Source: a virus. From it: a stretch of DNA of 64,000 nucleotides. The position numbers and the translations under genes were made by a program. The stretch covers positions 64,001-128,000 of the IMG/VR virus record IMGVR_UViG_3300035698_019437, one strand, 5' to 3'. The notes under the pieces are model-generated. The model saw only the letters and a list, made by a program, of their open reading frames with translations. It did not search any database and was not told where the DNA came from. Of the stretch, positions 22,801 through 30,904 are shown piece by piece (the stretch's first letter is position 1; each line of letters begins with the position of its first letter).

Positions 22801-24953
22801 CTATATCTCAACTTGAGCCAAGATCAGACGATGTTCTTAAGAACGTTACAACCGATGGATTGGTTTTGTCTGAAGGTCAGTCACAAGAAAGATATCAGCT
22901 TATTATGCAGTCTACTATTGTTGACAGTACGTACTATGGACAAACTCTTATAAATACGGTTAAAGAAGATTCTGTTCTTCCTGTAGTTCCAGAAGCTGTG
23001 TGTGTTTCTGTAGCTTCTAATATAACGATTGCTCACTTGGCAGAGATTGCAATTACATCTCCATATCAGTTCTTCGTTATTTCGCCACCTGCTAGACAAT
23101 CTGATATATCCAACATGCCTGTTTTGGCAGGTATCGCATGGTCTCCTTTTGTTGAGGACGTTACAAATGGGGTTCCTGTTGATGGCGAATCCGCTATAAC
23201 GTTGATTGACAATTTGCCAGAATTTTTAGATATTGGTAGTTCTCCATGGTTTGACGCCCTATATGATATGTCGGTGTTGTTCTCAGGCGTCTCGTATGAT
23301 GGAGAAAATAAAGTTATTTATTCATACGTTGATAATGAACCCAACTCTTCTATCAAGACTATAGACGAGGCGATAGAAGAAGTGAATACTATAAACGGGT
23401 TCAAAGAGGTTCCTGTTGTTGTCGGTAATTTCAACGTTGATCTTCCATCTGTTGTAGATATATTGAGAGATCGCGGAGAGTACGGAGAAGTTGATCAGGT
23501 TGCTTCTGGTACAGGTGGTCAAAACATTAGTATAGTAGATGAGAATTTTGTAGACGATGTTGCTTATATTATGGCAGGTATAGCCAAAGGTTCTATGGGT
23601 AATGGATTAGCTGAATTTATTATTGATGTGGGCGAAGTGGTTTTTATCAACTCTGCAACTGTATTTTTTAGATTGTATACGAATACTAACGGCAGATGGA
23701 AAATGTCGGTTAGTGACGACAATTATCAGTATACTGATTGGACTATAAAATTTAAAGCTAATGACCAAGCAGATTTCGATGGTCTTTCTGGTAGATATAT
23801 TAAATTCAGCACGGAACTGATAAGTGGTTTAAGCGAAGGAAATACTCCTGAGTATGAGATTATTCCTCTTCCAGCTTCTCCTGCCGTAACTGAAATTGAA
23901 ATAGGATACATCAAAAGTCGTTCTGACTATATATACTTTGATGCAGATAATGTGAGTGATGAAGTTCAACAAGTGGTTGTAGCGGTTAATCCAAGCGTAA
24001 ATCTAGATAGTCCAAATACAGAAGTAAACATGGGTATAACAACTTGGAATTATTCTCATAACTGGCTAGATTTTGATAGCAGTTCTAAACCTGCTCAGGA
24101 GCAAGCTGGTAGAGTTGTTATTCCTATTAGAGAAGGGACAGTCCAGTCAAATAGAGTAGAGCCTCTTATAAGTGTAGATGAATTTATTTTCAATGCGACT
24201 TACGGAAGCTGGGACTCAGGTTCTTCGGTTACTGTTTATGATGGAGATAACAACATTATATCGTCTTCGGATTACATTGTGTATCCTAGAGACGGATATA
24301 TAGTCTTCGATACTAAACAAGATAGCAATCTTGTTATAAGAATAGATAATCCTAATGTCATTAAAGCCGGGGTAGAGGTTAAAAACGCATCAACGGATAC
24401 TAGTATTAATCTCTATGGCTTTGGATATATGTATTCTTTAGAAGACCCCAACAGTAATCCTTTGAGTCCATTCCCAGAGAGTAGTTCTAGTTCTTCATCA
24501 TCGACTACTCCTTGTTCAGACGAACCATGTACTGATTGCAATGGGACACAGATTGGTCGTCGTGCGTCGGTTGCTGTAGATGCTGTTGCAGGTAATGTAT
24601 GTTACGATAGAATAAATGGAGAATACACGTTTGATAGTTATCTTAAATTAGAGTCATCTTGCACTTGGTGGTATAGAAATCCGAACGATAGCGATGTAGC
24701 ATTGACCATAGTATATTGTGAAAATGAGCAAGAATGGTATTCTCAGATATATGATGACGATGCAGATGTTGCTTTATTCGGAGGCAGTCCAGATGAATGT
24801 CCGTGCTTAGATATGGTTAATGACAGATTAGATGAAGTCACTGGACTTATATGTTGTCGCGGAGACGTTGTAAGCGGTCAATATGAATTAGGCGGGTTGA
24901 GCACTTGTGCAGGACGAACGGTATCCATAACTGTAGGGCTAGACCCTCTATAA
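16893..24953 (+). CDS. Giant 2686-aa multidomain virion protein: split vWA, FN3-like repeats, LamG, Kelch propeller, Cys-rich tail
   Basis: MIDAS-like FDKSGS (aa ~139); LamG (FTFMAWV..QWNHVACT..YVNG..FFGEITEV); Kelch repeats (IYAIGG..VEQYDPAADTW..MPTAR, IYVFGG); vWA second half GSSPWFDAL..YVDNEPN..ASGTGG (aa ~2113-2210). Confidence 0.75.
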   Translation: MSFTTYWYNLCISQWETLTWEEWNLMQFVQNISTISTISDPPTYYYYYLYNLQHGDLTSDKWYLIDSKKHAYKIYSDFDSLDEDNERILTRSGTQQTEEINVFSDKSIQLINTRIIADSIGGEDIELRLPNKLIGMVFDKSGSVLWNDADELRYTLAKRLINRLSATYPGTLEYSIFKYGGQPLSLLFTGYIEEENPFDNLPESEPCWPQDPFVDAVNNFSGFRILRKEGSPPASPIDGEIIFDGIVNKILDVGLTDGTTYYYKVFTFDENYLFSDGVVVKVVPKRAIVPDGIPIFESEVLKGTGIVVDEYVSSVWHLDEEQEQTVYDFNARTDLTITDAEPRWLNSLDVPVGIAGLRFDGIATAASSTNSQDLALSSSSQFTFMAWVNPYTMLNDEVILSRCEDVMVAPRLNYIFFINGANGRLGLQTSYAVGDVVYSNANVLSENQWNHVACTIDESTGAVIFYVNGTPAGAVTLGTNTVDTGDLQFFIGYSSLVAHERFFGEITEVSVHNTIRDLIYINRYATISSRTDQDNGDRLVVLKYTVYDDFNFSGGRVRIVQKDLSLPSNELDGSVIYDVAAVAGNYYTTYRDNLLLGSTEYFRIFSSNVIGNYSDIRDSTSIETVITDMSDEAKEHITSLVSPYDVPNNITVLPGNRKIYVNWDNTIWNTNIVRMRLYSSPDSFPVVDDMGSDGELIFEGIIYSDTGYVDRGLINGSSYYYTLVGIDRYNRVSVAANSSSTPSISANEVGIPLLEVESLSYELVDANSINLFWNNPITSRTVTAYFAQDLVFYSSIRDEYGDTVTTDFDVSIETDASYELYEDAAENIFVGETEVNSPDVEDLYQFILSDPIDETVKATFQTADDTSLFENIKSLRIELKLQISLPNQGGTGEVFEYSSLPVVIEWQNPIEFDIINRDSKHVIESCKKTINVLDNQVVESKKQYDGIYVGASEPYVAKLSATYRGSSLVGYLTSTVGVFDSTVDLCSGILPVTGDQSTTVSFSDINQTSEDEFTLRNIEQEVLNEDGNPSDVDEGVLIANVDMFSPDLPENTMLYVSINHGGFVVVKKIQIIFGNPLKIEISPRTLIPDGIDRAEQSALVYTVDPDDPENINSRTTPTDNTVVRWSLDAKSEQAIQRSFYSEDLVPIYDGVYSYTTDGVAKNVFFGPVTDVNTPDYDDDGNPIFEQYEITASIISDNIVVTDSYNFDLVPIAYLGKQTVSSYFLMEFQNFQEKFWSDGSDYVRMLVTSDASSSNTKYSSCFRDCMSEIGKTIYALQPGQKVRIDTDDPDVEIISGDVVEHIDPYTGQKWLDTSNAVISTGYGYVEIEKDGSTYVYFRLNKFLDEQRTIGFSRIKHNSCSCLGLIREARYFKEVVVTGSITSVFDEKVVTLRSGGDYDDGIPPTIMIPKEPLELIVADKRIGNVSIETFLVDGVSENSFITYVSFAGLPVPDGTIITPQVLSLYDELVQTQEDSINTSLSIDSAVDSVARSYAELAFEATPQGKTFLSQVYMSVSYNRVGSVDRTVTRCVEISFDAEDVKNSPSVTAIPSIFSDRIQASEIGVAPATWVDLANMAYPRGHLSVEVIGNKIYAIGGIDGKEVTNRVEQYDPAADTWATMTTMPTARMGAVSAVEGNYIYVFGGVVYNRIDNSLEISQVAERYDTTADSWETLDSMPSIIAGTIDPVTYGNAYGVAHSDGSRVYVTSGVRFITEDGLTIDHNDRVFYYDIASDSWGYSDIIAETELDNYLRIGPASFLDGNQIVVFGGAWQNSSQLLFMLTDAYTYDITNGALAKSEQRFDVNVVPRYFVASASSSPEHFALAGIGNDSFTLRTFEQITDGGPGVNPIYDLAEYDTTVKARNGAGAAIISIAGSDYVALVGGMESGKGSGFLKISSNMYPDNIELNAHQHAQYRTTLTDEAGEEPVSNVGVASKGYVQDKDKSGVLLPILEDALTRYHVLLADDSDTSSDGQTISQLEPRSDDVLKNVTTDGLVLSEGQSQERYQLIMQSTIVDSTYYGQTLINTVKEDSVLPVVPEAVCVSVASNITIAHLAEIAITSPYQFFVISPPARQSDISNMPVLAGIAWSPFVEDVTNGVPVDGESAITLIDNLPEFLDIGSSPWFDALYDMSVLFSGVSYDGENKVIYSYVDNEPNSSIKTIDEAIEEVNTINGFKEVPVVVGNFNVDLPSVVDILRDRGEYGEVDQVASGTGGQNISIVDENFVDDVAYIMAGIAKGSMGNGLAEFIIDVGEVVFINSATVFFRLYTNTNGRWKMSVSDDNYQYTDWTIKFKANDQADFDGLSGRYIKFSTELISGLSEGNTPEYEIIPLPASPAVTEIEIGYIKSRSDYIYFDADNVSDEVQQVVVAVNPSVNLDSPNTEVNMGITTWNYSHNWLDFDSSSKPAQEQAGRVVIPIREGTVQSNRVEPLISVDEFIFNATYGSWDSGSSVTVYDGDNNIISSSDYIVYPRDGYIVFDTKQDSNLVIRIDNPNVIKAGVEVKNASTDTSINLYGFGYMYSLEDPNSNPLSPFPESSSSSSSSTTPCSDEPCTDCNGTQIGRRASVAVDAVAGNVCYDRINGEYTFDSYLKLESSCTWWYRNPNDSDVALTIVYCENEQEWYSQIYDDDADVALFGGSPDECPCLDMVNDRLDEVTGLICCRGDVVSGQYELGGLSTCAGRTVSITVGLDPL

Positions 24954-24984
24954 GCCAATGGGATATGATTGTGTCTAATAGTTA

Positions 24985-25776
24985 ATGTACATTATAAATA
25001 TGAAGCAGTATTATGAGATTATAGTAAATCCTAAGCAGGATGCATATCTTAACATAGTTGTTTTGTGTCATAACAACGTCAAAGTTACGCAAGATTTTTT
25101 GCGCCTTCTGTATAGGAATACCCCATCGGATGCATTCAATCTTATGATGATAGATAATGATTCTTCTGATTCAACTCCAACATTTTTGTCTGAATACTTG
25201 AAAGAAAAAGACAATGCTACTTTAGTACTTTCTAAAGAAAATTTAGGTGTTGCAGGTGGCAGAACGTTAGGATGTAACCTGTGTATGAAACAGAGGATAC
25301 AACCAGAGTTTGTTATGTTTATAGACAACGATCAATTCGTATTAGAGGGTTGGCTAGAACAACACATTGGAGTTATGGGGAGAGGTTACGATCTGGTAAG
25401 CGTAGAAGCATGGCAAATGGATAATAAGTTTTTCCCAATCAAGAAAAATACGCATTTATCTGAACATTTCGCTTATGTGGGAGGGGGAGGCATGATAATA
25501 CGTAGGAATGTGATTGAGTCTCTTGGTATGTTTGATGAACAATTTTATCCAGCATACTATGAAGACCCTGATTACTGTTTTAGAGCATATGACGCTGGAT
25601 TCAAAATAGGATGGAATATAAAGTCAAAAATAGTGCATATGGCTCACCAGACTCTTGGAGCTAATCAGCAGGAAAAACAAAAAGTCTTTCTTCGCAGTTG
25701 GAAAAAATTTAGGGACAAGTGGAAGAACAGAAAGCTTCCTACTATAAGGCAGATAGATTTGCCGGAATTTAAATGA
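24985..25776 (+). CDS. Glycosyltransferase family 2
   Basis: IVVLCHN, IDNDSSD, ENLGVAGG, FIDND (DxD), GMFDE..YYEDPDYC..AGF motifs. Confidence 0.9.
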   Translation: MYIINMKQYYEIIVNPKQDAYLNIVVLCHNNVKVTQDFLRLLYRNTPSDAFNLMMIDNDSSDSTPTFLSEYLKEKDNATLVLSKENLGVAGGRTLGCNLCMKQRIQPEFVMFIDNDQFVLEGWLEQHIGVMGRGYDLVSVEAWQMDNKFFPIKKNTHLSEHFAYVGGGGMIIRRNVIESLGMFDEQFYPAYYEDPDYCFRAYDAGFKIGWNIKSKIVHMAHQTLGANQQEKQKVFLRSWKKFRDKWKNRKLPTIRQIDLPEFK

Positions 25777-26918
25777 CAGATAAATTTAAACTTGTTATAG
25801 CAGCTAATCACAGTTTTCCTCATGTAGGAGGTACTGAGGTAGTCATCCAAAACATTGCTGAAAGTTTTGTCAACGACTTTGATTGTGAATGTACCATAAT
25901 AAGTAGAGTATTAATAGAGAAAAAGATTTCTCAAAATGGTGTAGAAATAGTGAAATGCGGTATAGATGCTAATGCATTTAGGGATCAACTTGTTTCCATC
26001 TCACCAGACCACGTTTTTATATATAGCGATTGCTTTAGATATTGGCCGGATATTTTGAATAGTAATAAGTTTACAGATTCGAAATACAGCATCGCTCTAG
26101 TGGGTATGAATAATATGTTGTCAGGGAATAAGAGTTTATTTTATAAATTCAAAAGGAAATACAATCAATATAATGTGATTACACATTCAGACAACTATCA
26201 AGATTACATGTATTGTCAAGATGCGGATATACCCGTTCATGTTATACCAAATGGAGTTTCTATCAAAGAGTTTGACGTAGACTCTTCTGACTTTCGTAAA
26301 AAACACAAAATAGATACTGAGAAAATTGTTCTTTGTGTATCTAACTTCTTTCCCGGTAAGGGTCAGGAATATCTGTTACCGATACTTGACAAACTATATC
26401 AACAACGACAGGATTTTACTGCTGTATTTATATGCAGCACCGTCAATTTTTATGTAGCGAATAATATTAGAAACAAATTTAGACAGATGTTAAAGCGTGC
26501 TAAATTCCCTTCTAAAGTAATATCTGATGTAGCTAGGAAAGAAGTATTAGAGGCTTACAAAGAGGCAGATGTTTTTGTTTTCCCATCGCAAAAAGAAGTA
26601 GCTCCAATAGTGATACTGGAAGCTATGGCTTCTGGGACTCCTTGGGTAGCGATGCCAGTAGGTAATATTGGACAGCTTAAAGGAGGTAAGCAAGTTCCGT
26701 ACCGTTCTAAGGATGCAGAGGGATTTGCTACCTACAATGCAGAGTCAAATGATTATTTTGTGAAATACCTATATGACATATTATCCGATGATCATCTGAG
26801 AAAACAACTTGGAGACGAAGGTAGGAAAGAAATAGAAGAAAAATATTTATGGGAAAAAATTGTTCCTATATATCATGAATTATTCACTTTAGGCACTAAA
26901 TATGAAGCCACTAGTTAG
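25773..26918 (+). CDS. Glycosyltransferase family 4 (GT-B)
   Basis: PHVGGTE, VIPNGV, KGQEYL, ADVFVFPS..E..PIVILEAMASGTP motifs. Confidence 0.92.
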   Translation: MTDKFKLVIAANHSFPHVGGTEVVIQNIAESFVNDFDCECTIISRVLIEKKISQNGVEIVKCGIDANAFRDQLVSISPDHVFIYSDCFRYWPDILNSNKFTDSKYSIALVGMNNMLSGNKSLFYKFKRKYNQYNVITHSDNYQDYMYCQDADIPVHVIPNGVSIKEFDVDSSDFRKKHKIDTEKIVLCVSNFFPGKGQEYLLPILDKLYQQRQDFTAVFICSTVNFYVANNIRNKFRQMLKRAKFPSKVISDVARKEVLEAYKEADVFVFPSQKEVAPIVILEAMASGTPWVAMPVGNIGQLKGGKQVPYRSKDAEGFATYNAESNDYFVKYLYDILSDDHLRKQLGDEGRKEIEEKYLWEKIVPIYHELFTLGTKYEATS

Positions 26919-27648
26919 CGTTATAACAACTTTATACAATTGCGAGAAGTATGTTCGTGAATCTCTGGAATCAATTGTAGAACAAGATTTCAAAGATTTT
27001 GAATTTATCATAATTAATGATGGTTCTACTGACGCTACTTGGGATATTGTAGAATCCATAAAAGATGATAGAATAAAGCTTTACGACTATAAAGACAATA
27101 AAAGAATTCCTACTAGAAGGAATCAAGCTATAGATTTTGCGAAAGGCAAATACGTCGCTATCCACGATGGTGATGATATAAGTATAAGAGGTCGATTGAC
27201 TGCTCAAGTAGAAAGTCATGAGAGTTACGATAATTTGTTTTGCTTGGGTGCTCATGCCGCTAAAATCAACGTTGAGGGAGAAACCACTGGGTTTATGACA
27301 TACCCTCCAGTCAATCATGATAATATTGTGAGATCGTTTTTACGTAGTATGAATCCCATGATAGACCCGACTACAATGTTTAAGAGAGAGGACTTTCTAG
27401 AACTTGGGGGCTATACATTGGACAAGAGTATTTATACGGTGCCAGATTTGCATCTGTGGACAAGAGCAGCATTGAAGGGATTGAGATTTCATAATATCCC
27501 TATATCGCTGATAAAATATAGGATCAACCCAAATGGTGTTACTAGGAGTCATGCCAAGGAAATGCAATCAGCACATAGCAGGGTACTGAGAGGGTATTTC
27601 GAACAGTTTATTAAGCAAAATAAGATAAGAAATGCGAGGAAACGCTGA
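26902..27648 (+). CDS. Glycosyltransferase family 2
   Basis: PLVSVI..YN.EKY, IINDGSTD, AKGKYVAIHDGDDIS motifs. Confidence 0.92.
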   Translation: MKPLVSVITTLYNCEKYVRESLESIVEQDFKDFEFIIINDGSTDATWDIVESIKDDRIKLYDYKDNKRIPTRRNQAIDFAKGKYVAIHDGDDISIRGRLTAQVESHESYDNLFCLGAHAAKINVEGETTGFMTYPPVNHDNIVRSFLRSMNPMIDPTTMFKREDFLELGGYTLDKSIYTVPDLHLWTRAALKGLRFHNIPISLIKYRINPNGVTRSHAKEMQSAHSRVLRGYFEQFIKQNKIRNARKR

Positions 27649-28841
27649 TGAGTAAACATAACAAGGCTTGGACTGATAAAGAAACAGAAATCTTGTACGT
27701 ACTAAGAGAAGAAGGAATTCCTTACAAAATTATTTCAACGGAATTGAAGAGAAGTGTAAAATCGTGCGAAAGAAAGTATAATAGTACTAATTGGTCTTTA
27801 ACTGATCTATATGATCCTGTAAAAGGCAGAGTAAAACAATCTTTGAGACGAGCTTATTCAGAGCATCTTACTAGGAATCAGGATAAGAGACAGAATACTC
27901 GTCATATGGTAGGCGATCTTATTTCAGATAGGATAGAACGATGTGTTGAGGCTTTGCCGAAAGTTCCCAAGCCTACTTATAGAAAATCGAAGTCTAGGAA
28001 AAAGGTTGTTCATTCAGATGAAGATGTGGGACTTATTATGAGTGATGCTCATGTAGGTCACCATCATACGTTTGAAGAGACTGGCGGTATATCTGAATAC
28101 AACACAGATGTATTCAAAAAACGTATTAATAATTTAATGTATGCAGTCAAAGATATTAAAGAGTTGCATTCTAGATTGTATAATTTACCAACGTTGCATA
28201 TATTCGCATTAGGAGATATGGTTGCTGGTATGAATCATGTAGGAGCATGGTCTCCAACGTATATCAATTTACCGATCTATGATCAAGTTATTATGGGAGT
28301 GGATGCAATCGCTGGTGCGATAAACTATTGGCTTGGTCTGTTTGGAGAGATAAAGTTTTATGGTGTTGTAGGTAATCATGGTCGTGCCGCACCTGTTGGC
28401 AGTGAAAAAGAATACGTTAACTGGGATTTGATTTGTTACAAATTCTTGGAAGCTCGTTTTAAAGATAATCAAAGAGTAACGTTCAATAATACTTTGACTT
28501 GGTGGATTATGGAACGTATTAGAAATCATAATTTTCTCATGGTTCATGGAGATACCATTAGAGGCTCTAATCCCTTGAGAAAACTGGTTGATTTGGAAGA
28601 AAAAATGACAGGTATTTTAAAAGAGATGCCAGATTATACGCTTGCTGCTCATTTCCATAATCCTGCTGAGATGACAACTAATCATGGTAGGGTTATTATT
28701 AATGGGTCTTTCATAGGTAGCGATATATATAGTTTGAAAGACTTGAAACGAAGTTCTCCACCAGAGCAGAAGGTTTTCGGTATTCATGATAAAAGAGGTA
28801 TTACATGGACTTATAACTTGAATCTCAATATTGACAGGTAA
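27648..28841 (+). CDS. HTH (Myb-like) + calcineurin-like metallophosphoesterase
   Basis: N-terminal WTDKETEIL..IS.EL.RS; phosphoesterase motifs SDAHVG, LGDMV, GNHG, HGD, AHFH. Confidence 0.8.
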   Translation: MSKHNKAWTDKETEILYVLREEGIPYKIISTELKRSVKSCERKYNSTNWSLTDLYDPVKGRVKQSLRRAYSEHLTRNQDKRQNTRHMVGDLISDRIERCVEALPKVPKPTYRKSKSRKKVVHSDEDVGLIMSDAHVGHHHTFEETGGISEYNTDVFKKRINNLMYAVKDIKELHSRLYNLPTLHIFALGDMVAGMNHVGAWSPTYINLPIYDQVIMGVDAIAGAINYWLGLFGEIKFYGVVGNHGRAAPVGSEKEYVNWDLICYKFLEARFKDNQRVTFNNTLTWWIMERIRNHNFLMVHGDTIRGSNPLRKLVDLEEKMTGILKEMPDYTLAAHFHNPAEMTTNHGRVIINGSFIGSDIYSLKDLKRSSPPEQKVFGIHDKRGITWTYNLNLNIDR

Positions 28842-28878
28842 TAACAAGGATTAAAAAGTCTAATGAAGTATATGTATA

Positions 28879-29403
28879 ATGGATGGGAATTATAATAAAA
28901 TGCTAGATTTACCAGTATGGTTAAAACTTGTGGTGCCTACTTTAAATTGTCCTCATTGCGATGCGGCATTGAGGAAGGAGAATATTTTATCTATAGGCAT
29001 AAGAATAAGTGCAACTTCAGAAGACAAAAGCGTGTTGTTTTTTGAATATCAGTGTGATTCCTGTAAAAACAGGTCCATTCTAGAACTCAGCGAAATGACG
29101 GTTGAACAATTTGCGAAATCGATGCAAGATATGAAATCTGAGTATCTTCCTAAGCATATTGATGATGAAGAAGAAGTTGAAGATGAATCTCGTAGACCTA
29201 GACGTGTGTATATAAATAGAAATGCTAAAAAGCGCAAGCCTAAAAAATCTAAGATAACTAATAAAGAAGTTAAAGAGGCTGTTAAGTGGATAGAGGGATG
29301 TAAAGATTCTCAAGAATTTTTGTTAGGAATAGGATTGTCCAAAGAACAGATAGAAGCTATACTCACGACAAAAGACAAGGACGAAAAGAAAAATAATGAA
29401 TAA
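28879..29403 (+). CDS. Zinc-ribbon protein (CxxC...CxxC)
   Basis: CPHC and CDSC pairs; basic C-terminal region. Confidence 0.65.
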   Translation: MDGNYNKMLDLPVWLKLVVPTLNCPHCDAALRKENILSIGIRISATSEDKSVLFFEYQCDSCKNRSILELSEMTVEQFAKSMQDMKSEYLPKHIDDEEEVEDESRRPRRVYINRNAKKRKPKKSKITNKEVKEAVKWIEGCKDSQEFLLGIGLSKEQIEAILTTKDKDEKKNNE

Positions 29404-30472
29404 AGTTACAGACTACCAATTTGTTTATGCAATTATTAAAGCGGCATGCAAAGCGGTATGTTGTGACTTTGTTGACGTACCTGTTGTTATAGATGAATTC
29501 AATGATTTTGTAGGTATAAAAGATGGAAGTATATATGTAGGACATCCAACTAATTTGTCAGAGATGATGGCTAATATTATTTTGATATATATGGGTTCTT
29601 TTGAAGAGATAACTGGGAAATCCCTATTTTGCAACAGAGATCAGGAAGATAACACACTTTTACTTATAGCTAATTTTATTAGGAAGTTATCAAATGTAGA
29701 AGATGTACTACCAGAATCTATATCATTAGACCCGGTAGTACAGAGATTATATCAATATAAGCTATCTTGGTTGTTAATGAAAGATTTGGTGTGTCCAGCT
29801 TTTTCAGTCCCGATAATAAATCATCGAGTTATAAGCTATCATTCTCCTCGTTTCGATATTGCAGGTGCTTTTGAAGAAAATAAAGATGACGATGTAGAAT
29901 TGACAGCTTTTGTAAATACAGATGTTGAGTATAAACCATGTTTAGAAGCAGCCTTGTTTATTGCAAGTTTAAAGTGTCATGAACTAGACATAACAAGAAC
30001 AGTACAACAGATTGTAGAATCTGGACTTAGAGATCAGCTTCAAGGTCTAGTTAAGTTGGCTTTTAAAAAAGATGAAGAAGTAGATGATTTCATGGGATTT
30101 CTTCTTACATTTTCTGGTATTGGCAATAAGATGGAATCAATTATTGGTAAAGTTCCTGATGTATTATCTTCTGGTGAAACGAATGAGATGTATAAAGAGT
30201 CTCAGAACACAAGAGATTTTACCAGTAGTTCTTGGTGGTATTTTGGATTGATTGAGAAAATGCTTGAAGAAGTGAGAGGTTCGGATTGGACTACTTACAA
30301 AAGTCTGACTCCTTATCTCAAAGAACACTGGGATAAAATTCATGCTGCAAGAAAAGCTAAAGGTCGAGACGGCTTAAGCTATGAAGCATTATTGAGAGTT
30401 AAGTATAAAGATAACGAAGATGAAAAACCTAGAATTATGGAAAGTCTTCTAGGTGCTAATAGAGTATGGTAA
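29396..30472 (+). CDS. Hypothetical protein (358 aa)
   Basis: Long ORF in operon context; no recognised motif. Confidence 0.7.
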   Translation: MNKVTDYQFVYAIIKAACKAVCCDFVDVPVVIDEFNDFVGIKDGSIYVGHPTNLSEMMANIILIYMGSFEEITGKSLFCNRDQEDNTLLLIANFIRKLSNVEDVLPESISLDPVVQRLYQYKLSWLLMKDLVCPAFSVPIINHRVISYHSPRFDIAGAFEENKDDDVELTAFVNTDVEYKPCLEAALFIASLKCHELDITRTVQQIVESGLRDQLQGLVKLAFKKDEEVDDFMGFLLTFSGIGNKMESIIGKVPDVLSSGETNEMYKESQNTRDFTSSSWWYFGLIEKMLEEVRGSDWTTYKSLTPYLKEHWDKIHAARKAKGRDGLSYEALLRVKYKDNEDEKPRIMESLLGANRVW

Positions 30473-30487
30473 TTTTAGGAGAATACA

Positions 30488-30709
30488 ATGAACAAAGAAC
30501 TAGAAAAAGAATTAAAGGAAACGATAGGAAAGATTCAAGGTTCTATCAACATATTACGTTCGTCTCCGGTAATTCTAGCATATAATAAGCTTGTGGGAAT
30601 TAACCAGAAGCTGACTATGCTACTGTCGAATTTAGAAATAGGCGCATGTGATCCAGAAGTTACATGTAAAGATACGGATAAAGAAACCAATGAAGGTAAT
30701 TCAAACTAA
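30488..30709 (+). CDS. Small hypothetical protein
   Basis: AGGAG RBS before ATG. Confidence 0.65.
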   Translation: MNKELEKELKETIGKIQGSINILRSSPVILAYNKLVGINQKLTMLLSNLEIGACDPEVTCKDTDKETNEGNSN

Positions 30710-30902
30710 ATCTTACATAAAGTTGGCGTATACGTCTTATGACGACCAGCCTGGTTTTGTTAACCGAGATGATAAGGATCAAGGGTCTACTTTATTCTTT
30801 GATCCTAATCCTGAGAGTGAAGATAATATCAAAAAAAAGTGGACAAAGAAAAGGAAGTTTCGTCCGCAAATTCTAGAAGAGATGCCTAAAGGTTCTATCT
30901 AA
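30690..30902 (+). CDS. Small hypothetical protein (likely start MKVIQTKSY)
   Basis: In-frame ATG at 30690 gives a smaller overlap than the track start at 30648. Confidence 0.55.
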   Translation: MKVIQTKSYIKLAYTSYDDQPGFVNRDDKDQGSTLFFDPNPESEDNIKKKWTKKRKFRPQILEEMPKGSI

Positions 30903-30904
30903 GT

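Noticed and set aside
1-24953. Diversity-generating retroelement targeting the adhesins
   Set aside because: No reverse transcriptase in the window and no near-identical template/variable repeat pair noticed by eye.
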